IMG/VR virus record: IMGVR_UViG_2859725622_000004 | Coordinates: 23,370 to 87,369 of that record | Length of the DNA: 64,000 nucleotides | DNA from: a virus | Lineage: Duplodnaviria > Caudoviricetes | Reading direction: 5' to 3' (one strand) | Shown: positions 54,197 through 62,969 of the stretch, piece by piece | Layout of the letters: the number at the start of each line of letters is the position of its first letter | Position numbering within the stretch: the stretch's first letter is position 1 | Translations under genes and position numbers: made by a program | The notes under the pieces: model-generated | What the model was told of the DNA's origin: nothing | Seen by the model: only the letters and a program-made list of their open reading frames with translations | Databases searched by the model: none

Positions 54197-54388
54197 TTAA
54201 CTAGCACTAACCTTCTTGGCAATTTGCTCAATCAAATGAATTTCTCTCGCACTCATAGCAGTTATCGCACACCCGCAGGACGCACACTGTACGAAATAAA
54301 TTGCGTGACCGCTCCCTTGCACTCTTGTGCCAGTTGCCAATTCAAAGCTTGAGCTTTCACATTTTGGGCATCGTGTTGTTCTAGCCAT
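54197..54388 (-). CDS. 63-aa zinc-ribbon protein (paralogue of 1884-2075)
   Basis: CPKC...CASC; counter-oriented in pL operon. Confidence 0.75.
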   Translation of the reverse strand: MARTTRCPKCESSSFELATGTRVQGSGHAIYFVQCASCGCAITAMSAREIHLIEQIAKKVSAS

Positions 54389-54545
54389 TTTTAAATCCCT
54401 ATATTGACTGTGGAATAACCAACATATCAATTTCCTTTGACTGTGGAAAGCAGGGAAACCACGGCTGGGCGTGGCTAAATATCCCAGCACAAATTATAGA
54501 GGTCACTTAGGTGGCCTTTTTTATTGGCGGGTAAATGAGGAGTGA

Positions 54546-54860
54546 ATGATGGTGGAAAAGTTAAAGCGGGATGGGAATGTGGCAGTTTTATACTCGCCTG
54601 GATTTGGGGCTGGATGGTCAACATGGAATGGAAATGATGAAGCGTTAATATTTTCTGCTGAATTGGTGAAAGCGGTACTTGGCGAGATTGATAAAACACC
54701 TATTCAGGTGGCTAACGAGCTTTTCCCTGAGATTTATGACGGCGGAGTTAAACAGTTAAAAGTTGAATGGATACCTGAAGGATCAATGTTTGAAATTGAA
54801 GAGTACGACGGTTCAGAAAGCATTAACTATAAAGACCGTGGGGGCTGGGTAATAGCTTAG
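54546..54860 (+). CDS. Conserved hypothetical phage protein
   Basis: VAVLYSPGFGAGWSTWN...FEIEEYDGSES. Confidence 0.75.
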   Translation: MMVEKLKRDGNVAVLYSPGFGAGWSTWNGNDEALIFSAELVKAVLGEIDKTPIQVANELFPEIYDGGVKQLKVEWIPEGSMFEIEEYDGSESINYKDRGGWVIA

Positions 54861-54983
54861 TAAACCATTAAAACCCCAGTGATCTTACCCCTGCCACTTA
54901 ACCGGTGGCAGCAATAAGACCACTGAAACAAACAACGAGCTGCTTATGCGGCTTTTTTTGTACCTAAAATTCAAGGAAGCAGC

Positions 54984-56053
54984 ATGAGCAAAGAAACAGT
55001 GATTACTTTTAAAGGATTCGACCAAACCCTTCAGTGCCGTGGCTACCAGTTCGAAATTGGCAAAACGTATACGCATGAGGGCAAGGTCGAAGCATGCGGT
55101 TCTGGCTTCCATGCTTGTGAAGCCCCGTTTGATGTTTTCGGATATTACTCACCAGCATCAAGCCGGTACGCGGTCACGGAGTCGTTTGGCACTATTGACC
55201 GCGAAGAGGACGGCGACACAAAAATCGCAAGCGCCAGTATAACCATCACAGCGGAACTCACTCTCCCTCAGTTCATCCAGCGCGGTATTGATTGGATCTG
55301 GAGCAAAGTTGATAAGTCGCTTGAGCAGCAGATCATGACTGGCGACCGGTCAGCGGCAACCAACACTGGCTACCAGTCAGCGGCAACCAGCACTGGCGAC
55401 CGGTCAGCGGCAACCAACACTGGCGACCGGTCAGCGGCAACCAACACTGGCTACCAGTCAGCGGCAACCAGCACTGGCTACCAGTCAGCGGCAACCAACA
55501 CTGGCGACCGGTCAGCGGCAACCAACACTGGCGACCGGTCAGCGGCAACCAACACTGGCTACCGGTCAGCGGCAACCAACACTGGCTACCGGTCAGCGGC
55601 AACCAACACTGGCTACCGGTCAGCGGCAACCAACACTGGCTACCAGTCAGCGGCAACCAACACTGGCGACCTGTCAGCGGCAACCAACACTGGCTACCAG
55701 TCAGCGGCAACCACACTGGCTACCAGTCAGCGGCAACCAACACTGGCGACCGGTCAGCGGCAACCAACACTGGCTACCAGTCAGCGGCAACCAACACTGG
55801 CGACCGGTCAGCGGCAACCAACACTGGCTACCGGTCAGCGGCTGAAGTCTCTGGATCACAATCTGTAGCTGCCTCATTCGGCGAGGGTGGCAAAGCTAAA
55901 TCATCCGAAAGTGGAGCTATTGTTCTGTGCTACCGAAATGACGATGGCGAACTGATTCATATCCGTGCCAGTAAAGTTGGCGAAAACGGAATTAAGCCTG
56001 ATGTTTGGTATTCACTAAGTGAAGATGGTGAATTTGAAGAAGTAGCCGAGTAA
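54984..56053 (+). pseudogene. Repeat-containing phage protein, frame broken by a 26-nt repeat unit at ~55713
   Basis: KGFDQTLQCRGYQFEIGKTY N-domain, G(D/Y)(R/Q)SAATNT repeats; restored C-terminus ...GENGIKPDVWYSLSEDGEFEEVAE stops at 56053. Confidence 0.8.
55341..55843 (+). repeat. 27-nt coding tandem repeat, 18 units plus a partial 19th
   Basis: GGC(GAC/TAC)C(G/A)GTCAGCGGCAACCAACACT; one unit 26 nt. Confidence 0.95.
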
Positions 56054-56127
56054 CTCCCCACCCCCACCAATCCCCAGAGTAAATAACTGACAACTGTCGG
56101 TGTTTTGCTGTGGGCTAAACATAGGAA

Positions 56128-56517
56128 ATGAGCATGAGTGATGAAAGATACAAAATCATTCCAGAAAGCCTTTTTGATTTATCCGGCGTGTATTGTGGTG
56201 TTGTCATGCCTGAGCGAGTTATGCGGAAAATAGTAAAACTTCAAGCTGCATGTATTCAAGAAATAAAAAGAACTCTTACCGAGCATAAAGACGAATTATA
56301 TGCATCGAATTGGACGCTGCATTATCCAAATGGTGAGCAAAAAGAAGTTCGCTACATCGACCCTAGCGATAGCATAAATATAGAGAGTCGAATTAAGCAC
56401 GCCGCGTTTATCAATCAGCCAAGACATTTACCACTCGTATTTATTGCAAGTAGCCAAGATGAAGCGAAATCCATGGCTGACGCACACCACGAAGAAACAT
56501 TTATTACCACTAATTAA
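56128..56517 (+). CDS. Hypothetical protein
   Basis: 129-aa ORF. Confidence 0.6.
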   Translation: MSMSDERYKIIPESLFDLSGVYCGVVMPERVMRKIVKLQAACIQEIKRTLTEHKDELYASNWTLHYPNGEQKEVRYIDPSDSINIESRIKHAAFINQPRHLPLVFIASSQDEAKSMADAHHEETFITTN

Positions 56518-56530
56518 ACTGGAGTATCCC

Positions 56531-56701
56531 ATGCAACTTGCATTTGCTGGGCAGACCGCATCGGGCTGCTCTACTAACTATTTAACCAAAATTCAGCATT
56601 CACCGGCCTACCGCCTCACATCAGCAAGCTTCACTCCCCCACCACGGAAAGGTATCTGGGAGAAAATTATTGAGGCGCTAACTCGGAGGGTTGAGCCATG
56701 A
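56531..56701 (+). CDS. CIII-like protein
   Basis: MQLAFAGQTASGC start and W..II..L end resemble CIII; position in pL operon. Confidence 0.5.
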   Translation: MQLAFAGQTASGCSTNYLTKIQHSPAYRLTSASFTPPPRKGIWEKIIEALTRRVEP

Positions 56702-56871
56702 CCAAGAAGGAACTCAGGTGGTGGCATAACCACTGGCTGAATTGCGCGAAGTCTTGCCGCAAGGCAGGAAGTAGGCGCTCAGCAGCTAATTACCTCACCT
56801 GCGCAGTCGCCAAGCGTCGTATTTACCAAATGGATGCGTCGGTATCAATCGAGCTTCAGGAGGCTGCATGA
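56698..56871 (+). CDS. Small basic hypothetical protein
   Basis: Hand-translated 57 aa, ATGA overlaps both sides. Confidence 0.5.
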   Translation: MTKKELRWWHNHWLNCAKSCRKAGSRRSAANYLTCAVAKRRIYQMDASVSIELQEAA

Positions 56872-57116
56872 CAGAAGAGCAATTCAAAGAACTGATTATC
56901 ACAAGGCGTGAATCGTTAAAGAGTATGGATACTCTGTCCTTTGTTAAAAATGAATTGGAGTGCGGTCGCGTGTCGGCTGAACAACTGGCGATCATTGCAC
57001 TGGACGCGATGGGGATTAAAGGCGAATTGGTTGAGCAGGTAAGGGAATCGGCAGCCAAAAAGCGTAAATCATTTATGGAGGTGATTTGTGGGTACCGCAA
57101 CATTAATCCTTGGTGA
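56868..57116 (+). CDS. Hypothetical protein
   Basis: 82-aa ORF. Confidence 0.55.
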   Translation: MTEEQFKELIITRRESLKSMDTLSFVKNELECGRVSAEQLAIIALDAMGIKGELVEQVRESAAKKRKSFMEVICGYRNINPW

Positions 57117-57768
57117 ATCTGGTACAGGGAAGTCTACCAGCTTGCGCAATCTCAACCCTGATGATTGCCTGCTTATTCAGGTCGTAAGGAAGCGGCTACC
57201 GTTCAAATCAACTAACTGGCAGTCATGGGATGGCGAGAAGAAAACAGGGAGTGTTATCCCAACACATGACTGGTCACTGATTAAGGCCGTCATTAATGGT
57301 GCGACAAAGTACGGGAAGAAAATAGTCATCATTGATGACTTTCAGTATGTGATGTGCACCGAGTTCATGGAGACGGTGAACGATAAGGGATTTGATAAGT
57401 TCGCGAAAATGGGACTTCACATGTGGGAAATAATCAAAGCGGCACAGGATGCGCCGGATGATCTGAGAATTTACTTCATGGCCCACACCGAGGAAACAAA
57501 CCTTGGTCGAGTCAAAATGAAAACCATCGGCAAAATGTTGGATGAGAAAGTAACAGTCGAAGGAATGTTCACCATCGTTCTGAGAACCACCGTTCACGAT
57601 GGACAATACTTTTTCACCACTCAAAACAACGGTTACGACACCGTTAAATCACCGATGGGCCTCTTCGAAACCAACGAAATTGAAAATGACCTTCTGACTG
57701 TAGATCGGGATATTTGCGATTACTACGGCATCAATAATGTTCACCAAATTAAAGGAAACGCGGCATGA
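57088..57768 (+). CDS. AAA_24/Sak4-like ATP-binding recombination protein
   Basis: GESGTGKST, IIDDFQY, FMAHTEE, KTIGKMLDEK. Confidence 0.85.
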   Translation: MGTATLILGESGTGKSTSLRNLNPDDCLLIQVVRKRLPFKSTNWQSWDGEKKTGSVIPTHDWSLIKAVINGATKYGKKIVIIDDFQYVMCTEFMETVNDKGFDKFAKMGLHMWEIIKAAQDAPDDLRIYFMAHTEETNLGRVKMKTIGKMLDEKVTVEGMFTIVLRTTVHDGQYFFTTQNNGYDTVKSPMGLFETNEIENDLLTVDRDICDYYGINNVHQIKGNAA

Positions 57769-58361
57769 GCAATGTAACTTTCGTCTATGACCAAGATTCA
57801 GGTTTATCAGCAGGATTAAGCGGTTTCATCAATGAGTCTGGGGCTTATATCTTCACCATCTCAGAAGCTAAATATGTGATCAGTTCTGGCGGCGCTAAAT
57901 CAATTGAGTTCTCCGTGGAAACTGATGATGGGCGCAAGGCCAATTATCTGAATGTTTACACCGTCAAGAAAGACGGAAGCCCCAATACGCATGGCGTAAA
58001 CATGATAAATGCCATGATGGGTTGCTCTGGCGTTAAGCAACTCACCATCATTAAAAATGAAGCTGGTGTTGATGTAGCCCCTGAGTTTGTAGGCCGCAAG
58101 TTGGGTTTGGTACTGCAAAAAACTCTGAAAACAAAAGATGATGGACGTGAGACTTATAACTTTGATATTCGCATTCCATTTCTGGCGCAAAGCCAGAGAA
58201 CGCTGCAAGAGCATGTAACTAACGCCCCAGCCGAAACAATAGCGAAGATGCTCACCACCCTGAAAGATAAAGACGAGCGCAAGCAAGTAAACAGCGCTCC
58301 AACTCATTCAGGTAACTATCAGGGGGATGATCAGTTCTTTGCTGAAGACCCACGTTTCTAA
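57765..58361 (+). CDS. DUF669-like single-stranded DNA-binding protein
   Basis: Follows Sak4-like gene; acidic/aromatic C-terminus DDQFFAEDPRF. Confidence 0.7.
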   Translation: MSNVTFVYDQDSGLSAGLSGFINESGAYIFTISEAKYVISSGGAKSIEFSVETDDGRKANYLNVYTVKKDGSPNTHGVNMINAMMGCSGVKQLTIIKNEAGVDVAPEFVGRKLGLVLQKTLKTKDDGRETYNFDIRIPFLAQSQRTLQEHVTNAPAETIAKMLTTLKDKDERKQVNSAPTHSGNYQGDDQFFAEDPRF

Positions 58362-58387
58362 GTTCACACTTCCCCGCAGGTAATCCC

Positions 58388-58654
58388 ATGACAATCAGAA
58401 AAGAAAACTATGCAGAGATAATTGCAGGATGCCTCTCGGCTTTTGATTGTGCAAAGCGGGGAGAAGAACACGAACGGCTGAACAAGATGATTATCAGGAC
58501 GATAGGCAGGATAACAGCGAATTACCCTCGCTGCCCTGCTCACTTGTTACCGCTGGAGCGGCGGCCATTCAGCTTAAGCAATCCTGCTCCGATTCTTGCA
58601 AGTCAGGCTGCTCGTGAATATGCCGGTATTGGCTGGTCGGTCAAGCAGGACTAA
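58388..58654 (+). CDS. Hypothetical protein
   Basis: 88-aa ORF. Confidence 0.5.
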   Translation: MTIRKENYAEIIAGCLSAFDCAKRGEEHERLNKMIIRTIGRITANYPRCPAHLLPLERRPFSLSNPAPILASQAAREYAGIGWSVKQD

Positions 58655-58693
58655 TCCCCCACCCCATTACAGCAATCTGCTGAGGAAACAGTT

Positions 58694-58897
58694 ATGTCTG
58701 AAAATACTGATGAAAAACTTAAGCCATGCCCATTCTGCGGATCCACGAATGTAGAAGCCTTCGCTCAGTACGAAGAAGATTGCCCTGACCGTTCTGCGAT
58801 AGTTCGTTGTCATAATTGCGATGCTCAGAGCGCTCAAATGATTGGCAGAGGTAAAATCGCCATGGCAATACGCGCTTGGAATAAACGCACAGCCTGA
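58694..58897 (+). CDS. lar: Lar-family restriction-alleviation protein
   Basis: LKPCPFCG...CHNC...AIRAWNKR. Confidence 0.8.
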   Translation: MSENTDEKLKPCPFCGSTNVEAFAQYEEDCPDRSAIVRCHNCDAQSAQMIGRGKIAMAIRAWNKRTA

Positions 58898-58906
58898 GGG
58901 TTTCCC

Positions 58907-59101
58907 ATGAAATCAAATCGTGAAGCAAAGCGGCTGCTTGGCATGTTCACTAACGGAAGGCTTCGAGTAAGCAATCTTGGCTGGTTAGTTTTTAGCGCTA
59001 ATTACCCTCATGTATGGATGGAAAGGAATCTATCAGCTAGACAAAATCGCGCTAGAAAATGGCATAAGAAATTTCGTGAAAGCCTGAGGGGTAACAACTG
59101 A
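58907..59101 (+). CDS. Small basic hypothetical protein
   Basis: 64-aa ORF. Confidence 0.5.
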   Translation: MKSNREAKRLLGMFTNGRLRVSNLGWLVFSANYPHVWMERNLSARQNRARKWHKKFRESLRGNN

Positions 59102-59607
59102 TGAATAACATCGAAGAGTTTGAGTCCGCATACAACACATACATGGAGCGTGATGTTGGAACTCCGGTAGAAAAGTTTAAACATCCGGTACCGGGCGTTA
59201 CTTACAAATATCAGCATGCAAATGACATGCTGGCGTTTTGGAATGCAGCACGTGCTGGATTGATAGCCCAACTGGAAGCGGCACAGAAAGAGCGTGATGA
59301 AATGAACGGGATTCTGAATATCGAGCGAGGTGGCTCTGCATTTGCGAGTAAGCGCACAACACATATCGATGCGATGCGCGACAAGTGGCAGGCACGCGCC
59401 AAGAAAGCAGAAGCAGCGTTATCAGCGGCAAGCGATAAGCTGAGTAAGCCTGTTGTACTGCCTGTCGGTTACGCAGTTCGTGCTGGGCATCCGATTAACG
59501 AAGGTGAGCGAAATGTCATGATACCTAAAGAGGGCGGTAACTGGCTTTCCCGTTTCGATGTTGAACATGCAATTAGAGTAGCCGGTTTCACGGTAGAGGG
59601 GGAGTGA
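59101..59607 (+). CDS. Ead/Ea22-like protein
   Basis: LIAQLEAAQKE, KPVVLP...GYAVRAGHPI..AIRVAGFTVEGE. Confidence 0.65.
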   Translation: MNNIEEFESAYNTYMERDVGTPVEKFKHPVPGVTYKYQHANDMLAFWNAARAGLIAQLEAAQKERDEMNGILNIERGGSAFASKRTTHIDAMRDKWQARAKKAEAALSAASDKLSKPVVLPVGYAVRAGHPINEGERNVMIPKEGGNWLSRFDVEHAIRVAGFTVEGE

Positions 59608-60500
59608 TGGGTAAACAAAAATTACTCGTTCTAAATAGCGGTGGCGCAACCTCCGCTTTTATGACTCGCCAGCTATTAACTAAATGTGCTGATGAATATG
59701 AAATGATTGTTTGCTTCGCGAATACCAGCCAAGAAAACAATGAAACGTTAGATTTTGTCCGTGATTGTGATGTTAATTTTGGTTTCAACACTGTGTGGCT
59801 TGAAGCCAATATTAATCCCATCAAGGGCAAGCCTACTGGTCATAAAGTCGTTAGTTATGAAACAGCAAAGCGCTCAGGTGAGGTGTTTGAGGAAGCTGTG
59901 AAAAAATATGGCATACCAAATCACTCATATAAGCATTGCACTCGCGAACTAAAAGAAGCACCAATTCATAGCTATATCCGCTCTATTGGCTGGAAGAAGG
60001 GTGAATATTTAACAGCTATCGGGATTCGTACTGATGAGCCACGCCGTATTAATCGTAAAGTTTCAGTGCAACATCAGCAAATAAAAATATACCCACTCGT
60101 TGATATATTCCCTTCAGACAAATTAGATGTGCTCGATTTTTGGGAGGAACAAGATTTCAGGTTGAAACTGGAAGATTACAAGGGTAATTGCAAATGCTGC
60201 TTCAAGAAGTCAGATAAAAAGCTTCAACAAATCTATCGTGATAACTGGCACCACTTTGACATTTTTGCATATCTGGAAAATCAATATGGCTTTGTTGGCG
60301 GAAACTCCATTAAAGGTCAACCAAGCGACGAACCACGCAAGTTTTATCGTGGATATCGTAGCGTTAGAGATTTGATAGCCACTTTTGATTTATCTGAGCC
60401 ATTACCACCGCTTGATGATGAAGAAAATAACGAGGGTTGCGCTAGTTCGTGCGAGCCTTTCATGTCGGATGAAGATTCACAACCGGCTTGTGGCTGGTAG
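59604..60500 (+). CDS. PAPS-reductase-family (PP-loop) protein
   Basis: SGGATS, FANT..E...LDFV, CTRELK, GIRTDE, YPL, GNCKCC. Confidence 0.85.
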   Translation: MMGKQKLLVLNSGGATSAFMTRQLLTKCADEYEMIVCFANTSQENNETLDFVRDCDVNFGFNTVWLEANINPIKGKPTGHKVVSYETAKRSGEVFEEAVKKYGIPNHSYKHCTRELKEAPIHSYIRSIGWKKGEYLTAIGIRTDEPRRINRKVSVQHQQIKIYPLVDIFPSDKLDVLDFWEEQDFRLKLEDYKGNCKCCFKKSDKKLQQIYRDNWHHFDIFAYLENQYGFVGGNSIKGQPSDEPRKFYRGYRSVRDLIATFDLSEPLPPLDDEENNEGCASSCEPFMSDEDSQPACGW

Positions 60501-60506
60501 AGGGGA

Positions 60507-60746
60507 ATGCAGATGCTGAGTAAACCAGTGATAAGAACTACAACCAATGCGACAGTTACCCTGACTATTGAGCTTAGCAACCTAGGTTCATGGGGACCTG
60601 ATTGCCAAACGGCCCAAGTTTACAAGCAGGCAATCGAAGCGGCTAATGGCCGGCTAAATAAGATATTTGCTGGCGATAAAGACGTCCGCATTCTTGCTGG
60701 GGCAAAAGTAACGGCAATCACAACAGACGTGGAGCGCACCCGATGA
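60507..60746 (+). CDS. Hypothetical protein
   Basis: 79-aa ORF; GSWGPDC. Confidence 0.6.
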   Translation: MQMLSKPVIRTTTNATVTLTIELSNLGSWGPDCQTAQVYKQAIEAANGRLNKIFAGDKDVRILAGAKVTAITTDVERTR

Positions 60747-61042
60747 ACAAGCTAACTGAGCAGGAATTTACCCGCAAGCCAGACGGTGGGCTTGCAGACC
60801 AGATTGAAGTGCTCGAAGCGATGGCAGAGGGTGACGCCTACAACACCGAGTTACTTATGCTTCTCATTGAACTACGTTCACTGCGTGAGCAACTTGCTGA
60901 GTTGAAAGCGTTGCAGCCGGTTGCAATCATTGATATTCAGCATGACAGGCCAGACGGCAACCTTTTTGCGATTACGTTCACGCGAGCTGGTCATGCGCTA
61001 AAAGATGATGTTTACGAGCTATTCACAGCAGCCAAGCAATAA
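60743..61042 (+). CDS. Hypothetical protein
   Basis: 99-aa ORF, ATGA overlap. Confidence 0.6.
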   Translation: MNKLTEQEFTRKPDGGLADQIEVLEAMAEGDAYNTELLMLLIELRSLREQLAELKALQPVAIIDIQHDRPDGNLFAITFTRAGHALKDDVYELFTAAKQ

Positions 61043-61106
61043 CCATCTCGTTTTAACCCCACCACGGAACTCTCAGTAAACGGATTTCACTATCTGGAGT
61101 GTCCCT

Positions 61107-61313
61107 ATGTCATCAATCATCGTCAAATTACCCCGCGCTTACTTCACTGCGGGTCGCGTTAGCACGGATGAATTAGCGCAAGTTCTGCATCAGGGATTGT
61201 GGAAACGGTACGGCGTCATGCCTGCCGATGTTGTTGTGTCGCTACATGAAGGCACTCATATCATGTCGTCTGGCTGCGAGCCGGATGATGTAAAAACCAT
61301 TCTAAATCTGTGA
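61107..61313 (+). CDS. Hypothetical protein
   Basis: 68-aa ORF, GGAG SD. Confidence 0.6.
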   Translation: MSSIIVKLPRAYFTAGRVSTDELAQVLHQGLWKRYGVMPADVVVSLHEGTHIMSSGCEPDDVKTILNL

Positions 61314-61320
61314 GGTTGAT

Positions 61321-61539
61321 ATGGACGATATCAGCGAACTAATTCTGACTGTTGGCCGCGCGCCGGATGACGGGCGTGACCACAAAGAAGCCTATTTGTG
61401 GGACATGAAAATAAAGCAGCGGCTACGAACCGGCGATAAATCAAAGAGACCCTCGCCGCAGCAAGTTGTCCCGCCAACACCAGTTAAAACGGTGAAGTCA
61501 GTGAAAGCGAAAGTGAGAAAGATAATGGAGGCGGCATGA
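61321..61539 (+). CDS. Hypothetical protein
   Basis: 72-aa ORF, GAGG SD. Confidence 0.6.
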   Translation: MDDISELILTVGRAPDDGRDHKEAYLWDMKIKQRLRTGDKSKRPSPQQVVPPTPVKTVKSVKAKVRKIMEAA

Positions 61540-62171
61540 GTGGATATCAGCTTATTTATTGTGATCCACCCTGGCAGTACGGGAACAAGGCCAGCAATGG
61601 AGCGGCAGTTAATCACTACAGCACGATGTCACTCACCGATTTAAAGCGCCTCCCTGTTTGGTCCCTCGCAGCACCCGATGCAGTTCTCGCTATGTGGTAC
61701 ACCGGCAACTTCAATGACGAAGCCAAGCAGCTCGCTGAAGCGTGGGGCTTTCAGGTGCGCACAATGAAGGGTTTCACCTGGGTGAAGCTGAATCAGTTAG
61801 CAGAGGATCACATAAATAAGGCGCTGGCGGCCGGTGAGGTTAACGACTTTTACGACTTTCTCGCCCTGCTCAATACCCAATCACGGATGAATGGCGGTAA
61901 CTACACGCGGGCCAACACGGAAGATGTTCTGATTGCAGTGCGCGGCAATGGCCTTGAGCGACTCAATGCCAGCATCAAGCAAGTTGTTTACTCACCGCTT
62001 GGCGAGCATAGCGAAAAGCCGTGGGAGGTCCGCCATCGGCTGGAATTACTGTATGGAGATGTGAAGCGCATTGAGTTGTTTTCAAGGAGGGATTTAGAGG
62101 GCTGGGATACGTGGGGCAATGAGTGCGATCAATCAATCAAATTAATACCTGGCAGTTCGGAGGCAGCATGA
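61536..62171 (+). CDS. MT-A70-family adenine methyltransferase
   Basis: YCDPPW, AWGF..KGFTWVK, TRANTE, HSEKP, IELFSR. Confidence 0.9.
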   Translation: MSGYQLIYCDPPWQYGNKASNGAAVNHYSTMSLTDLKRLPVWSLAAPDAVLAMWYTGNFNDEAKQLAEAWGFQVRTMKGFTWVKLNQLAEDHINKALAAGEVNDFYDFLALLNTQSRMNGGNYTRANTEDVLIAVRGNGLERLNASIKQVVYSPLGEHSEKPWEVRHRLELLYGDVKRIELFSRRDLEGWDTWGNECDQSIKLIPGSSEAA

Positions 62172-62275
62172 ACCAACCAAAAGTAACGGAAATACTGTTA
62201 GGGATATGCTTTGCACTATTCATTATCTGCCTGGTTGTCTATGTGGTGGGTGATGCTGTGAAGGGAGTTAACTGA
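62168..62275 (+). CDS. 35-aa single-pass membrane protein
   Basis: MNQPKVTEILLGICFALFIICLVVYVVGDAVKGVN; coupled by overlaps. Confidence 0.5.
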   Translation: MNQPKVTEILLGICFALFIICLVVYVVGDAVKGVN

Positions 62276-62373
62276 TGGATGATCTTAGTTTTGTAATGGC
62301 ATATCTGGATTGGATACTGCTTATCGTCGGCGGCGGTGTGGCGATCTGGCTGCTGTGGTTAAAGGAGTGGTGA
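62275..62373 (+). CDS. 32-aa single-pass membrane protein
   Basis: MDDLSFVMAYLDWILLIVGGGVAIWLLWLKEW. Confidence 0.5.
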   Translation: MDDLSFVMAYLDWILLIVGGGVAIWLLWLKEW

Positions 62374-62377
62374 GAGT

Positions 62378-62607
62378 ATGGAGACAACCATTGAAAATGC
62401 TATCAGGTCAGTAGCGCGATGTTGTAGAACAGAAATAATTGAAGCCACGGACGGCAAGCCACTTTCAGAACACGACAAGCTCATCACCGAAATCCTCGAC
62501 CGCCACGCAAAAAAATCATCGCCATACCCCCTAACACTTTCCCGGCTAAACGCTGGTTGAGTTATTACGTCCGTCAGATTGATAAAGAGATAAGAGGCCA
62601 GCTATGA
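62378..62607 (+). pseudogene. Hypothetical phage protein with apparent 1-nt deletion in A7 run (62509-62515)
   Basis: A8 gives ...[34 protein letters not shown] ending in ATGA overlap with xis. Confidence 0.65.
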
Positions 62608-62969
62608 ATGATATTCGGCTTGATGATGAGTTATTCGACTTGCCACAGGCCGCCGCCTACCTGCGAAAATCCCCGCGAACCGTCCGCTTACTAATAAAAA
62701 ATAAGCGACTAAAAGCGGGCAAGAGCGGAGCTAATGGCGGCGGAAGTTTTGAAATTCTGAAATCAGCATGTCTTGAATATATCCACAGCAACCAACACAA
62801 TCAGGCCGTGAATGCAGAAAACGGCCAAGCAGAGAAGGAGTCTGTATGGCGCTCAAACAAAGGTACGGAAAGTGGTACTGTGATTTCGTTCGCCCGAACG
62901 GGGAAAGAGTTAGACGCTGCCTTGGTACGGCAGACAAGAAACAAGCGCAGGAACTCTTCGATCAGTTAA
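62604..62969 (+). CDS. xis: Excisionase-like HTH protein
   Basis: [28 protein letters not shown]; directly before int. Confidence 0.75.
   Translation: MNDIRLDDELFDLPQAAAYLRKSPRTVRLLIKNKRLKAGKSGANGGGSFEILKSACLEYIHSNQHNQAVNAENGQAEKESVWRSNKGTESGTVISFARTGKELDAALVRQTRNKRRNSSIS

Noticed and set aside
55333-55716. 127-aa minus-strand ORF with WLPLTG repeats
   Set aside because: Antisense shadow of the 27-nt repeat array.
55341-55843. CRISPR array
   Set aside because: Units are contiguous with no unique spacers, are a multiple of 3 and lie in a coding frame; no cas genes.
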